The translations under genes were made by a program, and so were the position numbers. A stretch of 64,000 bases of DNA from a virus (taxonomy: Duplodnaviria > Heunggongvirae > Uroviricota > Caudoviricetes): IMG/VR virus record IMGVR_UViG_2703718819_000007; one strand, 5' to 3'. This document shows positions 30,096-39,787 of this stretch, one piece after another. The notes beneath the pieces were generated by a model, which made no database searches, was not told the DNA's origin, and saw only the letters and a list, made by a program, of their open reading frames with translations. How positions within the stretch are numbered: position 1 is the first letter of the stretch; each line of letters starts with the position of its first letter.

Positions 30096-30504
30096 TATAG
30101 GGAAGACCAACCTTGCCTCTGAGTCTGATGCGTCAGAACATGCGAGCATCTGGTCAACCGACATTAAGTATCTCTCCTAAGTAATCAAGGCCCGTGACCG
30201 CCTCTGTCAGACCTCCTGTATGACCTCCAGCTCGTTAGCGTTCTTTAGTCGTCTCGGTTAGTAGCTCGTCTACTCACTACATTGGCTTAAGTCTATCACC
30301 GCTCACCATCTGGAAGTCCTTACAGCTCGTCCTGACATGCGGTCGCACCTTTATACGTACATGGAGAACATGGTCACTCCAGACCGTCAACATTTAACCA
30401 TTCACTTTCGTTAAGCACTTTCTGATGGGTCCGTTTAGGATGCGTCTGAATGGTGCGGACTCCATGTGGAGACAGAAAGTGCTTTACCAAAGGAGCATCT
30501 TTGT

Positions 30505-31020
30505 ATGAATACCGAATTACCAGTAACTAACCGCCAGTTCTTAATCATCCTGCTGACCAATGCAGAGTCCAGTGTCGATTGCTGTCGCTATAACTTAGAC
30601 CTGCTGAAGTTATCCCGATGGTATGCCCAGGCGGAAGACTGGGACTATGAGAAAATCCGGGAGATGTACGCGGAGCCTATCCAGTCATACCTCCAGACAC
30701 ACACCGAGGAAGAGCTGAAGCGTGGCCTGCAGGACATCTTCTATTTCAACAATCCTTACACCTGTGAGGGTGACTCAGAAGAGATGGATTGGATAGCGTC
30801 ACGCTCTGATGCCGACTTGAAGCACATCTCTAACGCGATGATGCAGGTGGAGAGCAAATGGTCTCGCCGACTTCAGGTCCTAACTGAGGATTACGAAAAC
30901 GGCACCTTTGATAAGCTGGTCCCACCTGATACCGAACGTCTTCAGGCGAAAGCTGACCAAGAACAGCGCTTCAAGTCCTTTGCCGAAGCTCTGGCGGGAG
31001 GTGCCTCTTATGACTTCTGA
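30505..31020 (+). CDS. Hypothetical acidic protein (~171 aa)
   Basis: AAGGAG RBS 10 nt upstream of ATG 30505. Confidence 0.55.
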   Translation: MNTELPVTNRQFLIILLTNAESSVDCCRYNLDLLKLSRWYAQAEDWDYEKIREMYAEPIQSYLQTHTEEELKRGLQDIFYFNNPYTCEGDSEEMDWIASRSDADLKHISNAMMQVESKWSRRLQVLTEDYENGTFDKLVPPDTERLQAKADQEQRFKSFAEALAGGASYDF

Positions 31021-31504
31021 CAATAAGCAGGAATACACCATTCATATCTTCGGTCAGGACATCACCAGTCAGGACGGATTGTTTCGACTCGATGAAATTC
31101 GCCGGGTCGGCATTCAGATTGGCAAAGTAGAAGACACCGAGTCGACACAGTACAAGCGTTTTGCTCAGACCAAAGTTGGAAAGCTACTGAGGAATAGGCA
31201 GAAAATCCGCCTTATCCGAATGGGTGAACTCGGGTCTACCGTCCTTGCTGACCCCGCCGCTACTGTAGAGTTTGGTCGCTGGCTGGACTTTGAGTACGGA
31301 CTGGCAGTCTCTGAAGCCTTCGTGTCTATGACCTCCAGCGCCACCGTGCAGTCTGCTGTAGCGTCTGCTGAGGACATCAAGCCGGAGACCAAGGAATTCA
31401 TCCAGCGTCATGGCACAGGCCTCTACATCGCCGGACGTGAAGTCTCACAGGCTGAGTATTCAGACTATCAAGCTGTGACCGCTGGTCGCTGTGAGTGGAG
31501 GTAA
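31009..31504 (+). CDS. Hypothetical protein (~165 aa)
   Basis: ATG overlapping the upstream stop (translational coupling). Confidence 0.5.
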
Positions 31505-31510
31505 GTAATC

Positions 31511-31684
31511 ATGGCTATGATTGACCCACGCACACCTGAGGGCCGCATGACTCTCCGTTACCGTGGCTACCGGACTGAAGTCCTCCTCAGAGAGCTTGGT
31601 CTAGACCCGGAAGATGAGACCCGCCAGCACCAATCCCGAGACGAGCTGATAGCGCAACTGGTCGCTATGAAACTGTCTGCCTAA
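31511..31684 (+). CDS. Small hypothetical protein (57 aa)
   Basis: GGAGG RBS upstream of ATG; not in ORF track because <60 aa. Confidence 0.45.
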   Translation: MAMIDPRTPEGRMTLRYRGYRTEVLLRELGLDPEDETRQHQSRDELIAQLVAMKLSA

Positions 31685-31780
31685 TTTTAAAACCTTTTGA
31701 GATGACCGATGCGGGGAGACCCGTAGGCGCTACTGCGTCTGCGATACCGATAGTCTCAACTCTCAAGAGGAGAATTACCT

Positions 31781-32272
31781 ATGATGTTCAACAACAACAA
31801 CTGGAAGCTGTCAGTCACCGACATCAACCTTTATGAAAACACTGTGAGTCTGGACGGTCAGCCCTATCCGCTGTCGCTCGCTATCAAGACCCTCATTCCG
31901 GGCTACCTGTCAGGCCTGCCGTCTACCAGCCGCGAGGCAATGGAGTTACTGGAAGCTCTGGCTGAAGCTGGCGTAGCTATTGGCAACTTCTTCAGTAATG
32001 ACCTGATGACCGCCTATGGTCGCCGCCAGCTTAACAAACGAGCTGAGGCTGAGCGTATCGCTAAAGAGCTGGCATCTCAGAAAGAGCGTATGCGTGAAGA
32101 GAACATGACCGATGCAGAGTGGCAGAAAGAGCTACAGCGCCGCGAACAAGTCAAAGCTGAACGCCGGACCTATGGTGAGAACCTCCGCAGTGCAACCCAT
32201 TCCGCTGGTCGCTCCCGTGCCGCTATTGTCGCTGACCTTGAGTCAGGCGGTAACTGGCTGGACAGCTTATAA
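31781..32272 (+). CDS. Hypothetical protein with charged coiled-coil C-terminal half (163 aa); scaffold-like by position
   Basis: AGAGGAGA RBS; K/E/R-rich helical region; immediately precedes the 328-aa ORF. Confidence 0.5.
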   Translation: MMFNNNNWKLSVTDINLYENTVSLDGQPYPLSLAIKTLIPGYLSGLPSTSREAMELLEALAEAGVAIGNFFSNDLMTAYGRRQLNKRAEAERIAKELASQKERMREENMTDAEWQKELQRREQVKAERRTYGENLRSATHSAGRSRAAIVADLESGGNWLDSL

Positions 32273-32356
32273 GACACACAGTCCCTGACCCGATGTTAGG
32301 GACTCCTCAGTTTTGAGGACTCACAGTATTTAAACTAATTTAGGAGATTGATTATT

Positions 32357-33343
32357 ATGACGATTAAAGACGCTTTCCAGTTTGGCATTGAGCCAGTACG
32401 CATCACCGATACCGACAACATTCAGGTCAATGAAGGTCTGCCGACTAACGCTGACCCGCAGGTCTACGCCCTCCAGTTAGCTAAGACGGTTAAGGCTATG
32501 CTGAACGGTGTACTTAAGGACGCTCAAGAGAACATCCCGTTCCCTGTAGAAGTCCTGCCGACCCGTAACAGCTTACCGACCCCAATCATTGCCCACACTC
32601 TGGCTGACCGCTCTGTGGTCGTTCCTGTCCGTGGTGGCAAGCGACCTGAAGTCGTGACCATTCCGTCTGGACAAGAAATCGTGGTCGAACCAATCGAGCA
32701 GGCTATTCTCATCTCTGAGCAGACCACTCTCTGGGACGCCAAGTCATCCACCGGATTCACTCAGGGCACACTTCAGCAGGACGCTATGAACATCTGTGAG
32801 AATGTGGTCCGTACCATCAACGCTCACATGGTCGACGTTCTGGAATCCTCTAAGCTGCTGAAGACCGTAGAGCTTCCTGTCCTGACTGGTAGCCTGACCG
32901 CTAAGGCAGACGCTATCATGGACGCTCTGTATGAGAACACAGAGCCTTCTTTCGGTTCTGAGGTGTCTAACTACGGTATTATCGCTCATGAGAGCCAACT
33001 GAAAGCACTGTCCCGTCTGGCTGCTAAGCAAGGCTTCTCCGGTGAAGACGCTATCGTCGATATGCTGGGAACAGACATCGCCTACTACAACGGTGAAGAC
33101 AAGGGTGTATTCATGCTGGCTAAACGCTTCACGGCTCTGAGCTTCGGTTGCTTCCGTCACGATGGCGAGAATATTACGGTCGTCCTTTCACGTGATGGCG
33201 ACTCTCAGTCCCACGACTTGGAAATCCTCGGTAAAGTGTACGTTGTCGCTGAAGCTGCTACGACCATCAAGATGGGCACTGGCTCAGCTACTGCCGTCCT
33301 GCCTGTAGTCAAACGCCTGAAGTTCACCAAGACCGAAGCGTAA
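32357..33343 (+). CDS. Hypothetical 328-aa protein, largest non-integrase gene of the element; candidate structural (capsid-like) protein by context only
   Basis: AGGAGA RBS 8 nt upstream; leader tttaaactaatttaggagattgattattATG resembles the T7 gene-10 leader. Confidence 0.5.
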   Translation: MTIKDAFQFGIEPVRITDTDNIQVNEGLPTNADPQVYALQLAKTVKAMLNGVLKDAQENIPFPVEVLPTRNSLPTPIIAHTLADRSVVVPVRGGKRPEVVTIPSGQEIVVEPIEQAILISEQTTLWDAKSSTGFTQGTLQQDAMNICENVVRTINAHMVDVLESSKLLKTVELPVLTGSLTAKADAIMDALYENTEPSFGSEVSNYGIIAHESQLKALSRLAAKQGFSGEDAIVDMLGTDIAYYNGEDKGVFMLAKRFTALSFGCFRHDGENITVVLSRDGDSQSHDLEILGKVYVVAEAATTIKMGTGSATAVLPVVKRLKFTKTEA

Positions 33344-33348
33344 GACCA

Positions 33349-33588
33349 ATGGGTAAGAGCATTAGTAAAGGCTTCAGGTCCATCGCCAAGGGCCTGACAG
33401 GTGGTGGTGGGACTCAAGGTGGGGCTTCGGTCCCGCCTCCTGTAGCTCCTCCTGTAGCTCCTCCAGATGACGCTCAGCAAGCTGTAGTCGATACCCAAGG
33501 TCAGGAGACCGAGGGAGGTAAGACCATGAGCAGAGGTAAGTCTGGACTGAATATCAGCAGGACTTCAGGTGGTGGCCTGTCACTGTGA
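33349..33588 (+). CDS. Small Gly/Pro-rich protein (79 aa)
   Basis: ORF 5 nt after previous stop. Confidence 0.4.
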   Translation: MGKSISKGFRSIAKGLTGGGGTQGGASVPPPVAPPVAPPDDAQQAVVDTQGQETEGGKTMSRGKSGLNISRTSGGGLSL

Positions 33589-33826
33589 TTAAGACATCTA
33601 TACAGCCTGTGGAGGGTGGACGATATCAAGCAACAATCTGGATGACACGCAGAGTCTATAAGCGGCTATGCTGGTCACTGGCTGAAGCTGAACAGTGGGT
33701 GAGACGTAAAGTGCCTACCGTTCAATCGTTCCAATCATCATGATAACTATGGTCTGGACCAATGGTCTGGACCTTTGTTTTGTACTAGTTATCTAGTGCA
33801 GTAGTACAATAGACGAAGGAGGCTTT

Positions 33827-33982
33827 ATGTCCATGACTTCCGCAGACCTAAGGTCCCTCCTGACTCTGGTCTATAAACTCGTGCTCCTCTCTGTGGGTCT
33901 CTATATGGTCCTCTCCGGTCGACTCGGTGTGAATGTATTCGACACTCTGTCTAAGGCTGTGGGTGGGCTTCTGGGGGCTTAG
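33827..33982 (+). CDS. Small hydrophobic (single transmembrane) protein, 51 aa; holin-like by size only
   Basis: Strong AAGGAGG RBS; LVYKLVLLSVGLYMVLSG hydrophobic core. Confidence 0.4.
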   Translation: MSMTSADLRSLLTLVYKLVLLSVGLYMVLSGRLGVNVFDTLSKAVGGLLGA

Positions 33983-34135
33983 GTTTGGACTCACAGTGGG
34001 ACCGATGGTTTCTGACAGAAAAATGTGAATGACCATCTAATACATTAAGCCAGCAGACTTCTCCCCCATAGCCCCGCCTCAAGTCCAGACCGAGGCCACC
34101 GGGGTCCTGACCAGCCGTCTAGACATCCCGTCTAA

Positions 34136-34168
34136 TGACACAAGGCTGACACAAAGCCTGACACAAAG
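34136..34168. repeat. Right arm-type repeats: three copies of tgacacaa(g/a)g
   Basis: Direct repeats at 34136, 34147, 34159 matching the left-end 20-mer. Confidence 0.6.
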
Positions 34169-34223
34169 TCCTTGACTCAATGCAGGACCTCAGACCTACT
34201 AAGGGTCCGCTTCAAGTCCTTGA

Positions 34224-34234
34224 AGTTCCAGATG
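34224..34234. repeat. Right copy of 11-bp direct repeat agttccagatg
   Basis: Identical to 27513-27523. Confidence 0.75.
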
Positions 34235-35634
34235 AACTTAATGGGCACATCCAGTTTATCTTTGCCGCGGACGCCGTCGCGGATTGCCGTCATTTGCGGA
34301 CCATGATCGATAGCATCTGTCCAGCTGAAGCAGGAGATTGACATTTTGACCGGATTATCCAGCACCGGCAGGCGTTCTATGGTAATGGTATAGGTCGATT
34401 CACGCGCGCCACTATTTCCGCCGCTGATGCCGACATTGCCCGTCAAAATAGGTAACATAGCAATAGCGCGTGCAGTCAGTTCGCCGTTTGCCTGGCGTTG
34501 CGGCCCCCAGCCCTGGCAGATATAAGCGGGTTTTGCTGTGCCAATTTCACGCGCCAGTTTGATGATACGGTCTACCGGGATACCGGTAATTTGCGAAGCC
34601 CACTGCGGCGTTTTCGCTGTGTTATCATCACCTTCACCAAGAATATAGGCTTTATAGTGACTATTTTTGGGTGCATCTGCGGGTAAGGTTTTTTCGTCAT
34701 AGCCGACGCAGTATTTATCGAGAAAAGGTTGATCAACGAGATTTTCGTTAATCAATACCCAGGCAATACCCGCAACCAGCGCGGCATCGGTGCCCGGGCG
34801 AATAGGGAGCCATTCATCTTCACGACCAGCAGCCGTATCGGTATATCGCGGATCGATAGCAATCATTTTGGCGTTCGATTTCTCGCGCGCTTTTTCAAGA
34901 AGATAAGTGATGCCACCGCCGCTCATGCGGGTTTCTGCCGGGTTGTTACCAAACATCACGACCAGCTTGCTGTTTTCAATATCCGTGGTGCTGTTGCCAT
35001 CATTACTGCCGTAGGTGTAGGGCATGGCACAGGAAATTTGCGCGGTGCTGTAGGAGCCATACTGATTGAGTGAACCGCCGTAGCAGTTCATCAGGCGTTT
35101 GACCGCCGAGGCTGATGGCGAAGAGCGGGTCATATTGCCGCCAACGATCCCCGAAGAGTACTGAATATATACAGCCTCATTGCCATATTGTTCGACGGTT
35201 TTCTTCAGGCTACTGGCGATAGTATCCAGGGCTTCATCCCAGCTAATCCGTTCGAATTTGCCTTCGCCGCGTTTGCCCACGCGTTTCATTGGGTAATTCA
35301 AGCGATCGGGATGATTAATACGCCGACGGATGGATCGACCACGCAAACAGGCGCGTACTTGATGATTGCCATACTCGTCGCTGCCGGTGTTGTCAGTTTC
35401 CACCCAGGTGACTTCATTATCTTTAACATGTAGACGAAGTGCACAGCGGCTACCACAGTTGACGGAACAGGCACCCCAGATCACTTTTTCGCTGGCCTGT
35501 TGTACCGCTGCCGCTGCACTGCGCAGGGTGAACGGTAAAGAAAAACCGCCTGCAGCCAGCGCCAGAGAACCTATCGCGGTTGATTTAACGAGTGTTCTGC
35601 GGCTGATGCCCACCATTCGGTCATTTTTGGACAT
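34224..35634 (-). pseudogene. ynfE: ynfE 5' (N-terminal) fragment with Tat signal, interrupted by the element
   Basis: MSKNDRMVGISRRTLVKSTAIGSLALAAGG...; reading frame runs into element sequence and stops at 34177. Confidence 0.85.
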
Positions 35635-35832
35635 AACTCACTCCCTGTTCTTTATCGTTATATAAATGTTTATATATTGAATATTTAGCGCGCTAACAAT
35701 AGAGGGAGTCTACCCATTTTGGGTTAAGAATTATTAATCCATATCAATAGAAGGGTATGAGTAATAAGGTGGGATTATGTTGTATGTTCAAATCGCCGGA
35801 TGTGTCGTATCCGGCGTTCAGTCGATAATGTA

Positions 35833-36141
35833 TTACTGCGGTTCGGCAGGCGCGCCATCCTGGGTAGACTGCGCGGGAGCAGAGACGTTACCGCTGGTGG
35901 TGCGGGTATAGAGAATTTTATGCGTATCATTAGCGCAATGGCCGACGACCTGGGAATCAGGCTGATCAACCTGGTCATTGGGTACAATACTTAACGTGAA
36001 GCTGCTTTCGGGTACGCCATTATTGATAATGCGCTGTGATATATCGCTCTGTATGCGCTCACAGGATCCCGGCGCGGCGAGTACCGCGGGTGAGGCGAGG
36101 GCGAGCAGAAGCGCGGCACAGCAGGTTGAGAGTTTCATCAT
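35833..36141 (-). CDS. ynfD: YnfD (DUF1161) secreted protein
   Basis: MKLSTCCAALLLALASPAVLA signal peptide. Confidence 0.75.
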   Translation of the reverse strand: MMKLSTCCAALLLALASPAVLAAPGSCERIQSDISQRIINNGVPESSFTLSIVPNDQVDQPDSQVVGHCANDTHKILYTRTTSGNVSAPAQSTQDGAPAEPQ

Positions 36142-36245
36142 AAGCTCCTTACGCGAAGATAACTTCTTTAAGCATAGCATTTAACGTGTAAAGTACTGTA
36201 TTTGCTACTATGATTGAGAATCATCTCTACTCTCTGGTGACTGTT

Positions 36246-36956
36246 GTGAAATACAAATTACTACCATGCTTACTCGCGATATTCCTCACAGGATGTGACC
36301 GCACAGAGGTAACACTTTCATTTACCCCTGAGATGGCCAGTTTCTCTAATGAATTCGATTTTGATCCGCTGCGTGGTCCGGTAAAAGATTTCACTCAGAC
36401 ATTAATGGATGAGCAAGGTGAAGTGACGAAACGTGTTTCTGGGACTTTGTCGGAAGAAGGCTGTTTTGATTCACTCGAATTACTGGATCTGGAAAATAAT
36501 ACCGTGGTCGCTCTGGTACTGGACGCCAATTATTACCGTGATGCCGAGACGCTGGAGAAGAGAGTACGTTTACAGGGAAAATGCCAGCTAGCAGAATTAC
36601 CTTCTGCCGGGGTGAGTTGGGAAACCGATGATAATGGCTTCGTGATTAAAGCCAGCAGCAAACAAATGCAGATGGAATATCGCTATGATGATCAGGGTTA
36701 TCCACTGGGTAAAACCACGAAAAGTAACGACAAAACATTATCTGTCAGCGCCACGCCATCAACGGACCCGATCAAAAAATTAGATTACACAGCGGTTACT
36801 TTACTGAATAATCAACGAGTTGGTAATGTAAAACAGAGCTGTGAATATGACAGTCACGCCAATCCGGTGGACTGTCAGCTGATCATTGTTGATGAAGGAG
36901 TAAAACCCGCCGTCGAAAGGGTTTACACCATCAAAAATACGATCGATTATTATTAA
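36246..36956 (+). CDS. ynfC: YnfC lipoprotein (UPF0257), GTG start
   Basis: KYKLLPCLLAIFLTGC lipobox. Confidence 0.75.
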   Translation: MKYKLLPCLLAIFLTGCDRTEVTLSFTPEMASFSNEFDFDPLRGPVKDFTQTLMDEQGEVTKRVSGTLSEEGCFDSLELLDLENNTVVALVLDANYYRDAETLEKRVRLQGKCQLAELPSAGVSWETDDNGFVIKASSKQMQMEYRYDDQGYPLGKTTKSNDKTLSVSATPSTDPIKKLDYTAVTLLNNQRVGNVKQSCEYDSHANPVDCQLIIVDEGVKPAVERVYTIKNTIDYY

Positions 36957-36958
36957 TG

Positions 36959-37519
36959 CTATTGTGCGGTCGGCTTCAGGAGAGTCTGACCCGGTGTTTT
37001 GTGCTCTGCCAGATACTGATGCTGGAATATACACATGCGAATGGCATTACGATATTGACCATTAATAAAGAACTCGTGCATCAATTCACCTTCAACCGTA
37101 AAGCCAAGCTTGCGGTAAATGTGAATCGCTTTTTCATTCTCTTTATCGACGATCAGATACAGCTTATAGAGATTGAGAACGGTGAAGCCATAGTCCATTG
37201 CTAATTTGGCGGCACGGGTTGCCAGACCTTTCCCCTGATACTCCGGGGAGATAATTATCTGAAATTCTGCCCGGCGATGTACATGGTTAATTTCCACCAG
37301 CTCCACCAGACCGGCTTTTTCGCCGTCACATTCCACCACAAAGCGTCGTTCGCTCTGATCGTGAATATGCTTATCATACAGATCAGAGAGTTCAACAAAG
37401 GCTTCGTAGGGTTCCTCAAACCAGTAACGCATCACACTGGCGTTATTGTCGAGTTGATGTACATAGCGTAAATCTTCACGCTCCAGCGGGCGTAGCTTAA
37501 CACTGTGGGCGCTTGGCAT
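36959..37519 (-). CDS. speG: Spermidine N1-acetyltransferase
   Basis: [39 protein letters not shown]...; GNAT fold, 186 aa. Confidence 0.9.
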   Translation of the reverse strand: MPSAHSVKLRPLEREDLRYVHQLDNNASVMRYWFEEPYEAFVELSDLYDKHIHDQSERRFVVECDGEKAGLVELVEINHVHRRAEFQIIISPEYQGKGLATRAAKLAMDYGFTVLNLYKLYLIVDKENEKAIHIYRKLGFTVEGELMHEFFINGQYRNAIRMCIFQHQYLAEHKTPGQTLLKPTAQ

Positions 37520-37553
37520 AACGTGTCCTTACATTCCTTAAATCAATAACAGG

Positions 37554-37895
37554 TTAGGGGGTAATAACGCGGCCAGTTCGACGGTCCAGGCAGCGCAAAG
37601 TATTTGGCTCCCAGTAGGCATTGATGTTGGCGCTTTGCTCACATTTATCGCGGTTATCAAAAGCGGCGTCGGCTTTATCCCACTCTTTTTCAGTGCGTTT
37701 ATTCACTTTCTGACGCAGATTGCGCGTGTCATTCCATTGCTCTTTTTCCATAGCGGCGTGCTGGCGGCTTTGTGCACTGTCGCCAGACTCAATCACCAGT
37801 TTGTTAGTTTCGGCATGAACAGTTGTGCTCAGTGCCAGTGCGCAAGGCAGCAGAAAAGCGAGCAGGCCGATTCGTTTGCTGAGAGTGATTTTCAT
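37554..37895 (-). CDS. ynfB: YnfB (UPF0482) secreted protein
   Basis: Signal peptide; 113 aa. Confidence 0.75.
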
Positions 37896-38029
37896 AATTC
37901 ATTCCCTGTATGAATGATTAAAGGAGATTCTACACCATCCACTGCGAACGCAAAACGTACCAGGAGGGTGTTTATATTGATGATATTATGTCGCCCTATA
38001 ACTATACATGATGTCAATAAGTGACAAAG

Positions 38030-38356
38030 ATGATTAAAGCAACGTTACTATTTTTTGCTACTGCGCTGTGTGAAATTATTGGATGCTTTCTGCCCTGGTT
38101 GTGGTTAAAACGAAACGCCAGTATCTGGCTGTTGCTTCCGGCGGGGATTTCACTGGCGCTGTTTGTCTGGTTGTTAACGTTGCATCCAGCGGCGAGTGGG
38201 CGTGTTTACGCGGCTTATGGTGGCGTTTATGTCTGCACGGCGTTGATGTGGCTGCGCGTTGTGGATGGCGTGAAACTGACTCTTTATGACTGGACGGGTG
38301 CGTTGATTGCGCTTTGCGGCATGTTGATCATTGTTGCGGGCTGGGGGCGCACGTAG
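38030..38356 (+). CDS. ynfA: YnfA (UPF0060) small membrane protein
   Basis: Four hydrophobic segments, 108 aa. Confidence 0.75.
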   Translation: MIKATLLFFATALCEIIGCFLPWLWLKRNASIWLLLPAGISLALFVWLLTLHPAASGRVYAAYGGVYVCTALMWLRVVDGVKLTLYDWTGALIALCGMLIIVAGWGRT

Positions 38357-38561
38357 GAACATAAATCCATTTTATCAATAAGATAAGAGGAAGTGTCAGC
38401 TGACAAAAGGTATTCTATTTCATCTTTTGTCAACCATTCACAGCGCTAATATACGCCTTTTTTTGTGATCACTCCGGCTTTTTTCGATCTTTATACTTGT
38501 ATGGTAGTAGCTCAGTTGCGTAGATTTCATGCATCACGACAAGCGATGCAAGGAATCGAAC

Positions 38562-39776
38562 ATGAAGATCGTAAAGGCTGAAGTTTTTGTTACCTGTCCG
38601 GGGCGTAATTTCGTCACATTAAAAATCACCACTGAGGACGGTATTACGGGCCTTGGGGATGCCACCCTCAATGGACGTGAGCTTTCCGTGGCCTCTTATT
38701 TGCAGGATCACCTTTGTCCGCAGCTTATTGGTCGCGATGCGCACCGTATCGAAGATATCTGGCAGTTTTTCTATAAAGGTGCTTACTGGCGTCGCGGTCC
38801 GGTTACGATGTCGGCCATTTCAGCGGTTGATATGGCGCTGTGGGATATTAAAGCCAAAGCTGCCAACATGCCGCTTTACCAGTTACTCGGCGGCGCGTCT
38901 CGTGAAGGGGTGATGGTTTATTGCCATACCACCGGTCACAGTATTGATGAAGCTCTGGATGATTATGCCCGTCATCAGGAGCTGGGATTCAAAGCCATCC
39001 GCGTGCAGTGCGGAATCCCTGGTATGAAAACCACCTACGGCATGTCGAAAGGTAAAGGTCTGGCTTATGAACCCGCAACCAAAGGACAGTGGCCGGAAGA
39101 GCAGTTGTGGTCGACGGAGAAATACCTCGATTTCATGCCGAAATTGTTTGACGCGGTACGTAACAAGTTTGGTTTTAATGAACATTTGCTGCATGACATG
39201 CACCATCGCTTAACGCCTATTGAAGCGGCGCGCTTTGGTAAAAGCATTGAAGATTATCGCATGTTCTGGATGGAAGACCCGACGCTTGCAGAAAACCAGG
39301 AATGCTTCCGTCTCATTCGCCAACATACCGTCACACCCATCGCAGTGGGTGAAGTCTTCAACAGCATCTGGGACTGCAAACAACTGATTGAAGAGCAACT
39401 CATCGATTATATCCGCACCACGCTGACCCATGCAGGCGGAATTACCGGTATGCGCCGGATTGCCGATTTTGCTTCGCTGTATCAGGTACGTACTGGCTCA
39501 CACGGTCCTTCCGATTTGTCACCAGTCTGCATGGCTGCAGCGCTGCACTTTGATCTGTGGGTCCCCAATTTCGGTGTCCAGGAATACATGGGTTATTCCG
39601 AACAAATGCTCGAAGTCTTCCCGCACAACTGGACTTTCGATAACGGCTATATGCATCCGGGAGACAAACCGGGTCTTGGCATCGAATTCGATGAAAAGCT
39701 GGCGGCGAAATATCCCTATGAACCTGCTTATCTACCAGTCGCACGTCTGGAAGATGGCACGCTGTGGAACTGGTAA
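38562..39776 (+). CDS. rspA: Starvation-sensing protein RspA (enolase superfamily, mannonate dehydratase-like)
   Basis: [38 protein letters not shown]... Confidence 0.9.
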   Translation: MKIVKAEVFVTCPGRNFVTLKITTEDGITGLGDATLNGRELSVASYLQDHLCPQLIGRDAHRIEDIWQFFYKGAYWRRGPVTMSAISAVDMALWDIKAKAANMPLYQLLGGASREGVMVYCHTTGHSIDEALDDYARHQELGFKAIRVQCGIPGMKTTYGMSKGKGLAYEPATKGQWPEEQLWSTEKYLDFMPKLFDAVRNKFGFNEHLLHDMHHRLTPIEAARFGKSIEDYRMFWMEDPTLAENQECFRLIRQHTVTPIAVGEVFNSIWDCKQLIEEQLIDYIRTTLTHAGGITGMRRIADFASLYQVRTGSHGPSDLSPVCMAAALHFDLWVPNFGVQEYMGYSEQMLEVFPHNWTFDNGYMHPGDKPGLGIEFDEKLAAKYPYEPAYLPVARLEDGTLWNW

Positions 39777-39787
39777 GGAGTAAGATA

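Larger units (their letters stand above)
27513..34234. mobile_element. ~6.7 kb integrative element inserted in ynfE: tyrosine integrase, T7-type promoters, no GATC, small genes all on + strand; candidate satellite or miniature derivative of a T7-like phage
   Basis: ynfE reading frame interrupted; 11-bp direct duplication at both ends; integrase adjacent to left end; distinct sequence composition. Confidence 0.8.

Noticed and set aside
38490-38530. tRNA-like tagctcagt motif upstream of rspA
   Set aside because: No acceptor stem, anticodon arm or GTTCGAATC T-loop could be formed; likely a chance match in the rspA promoter region
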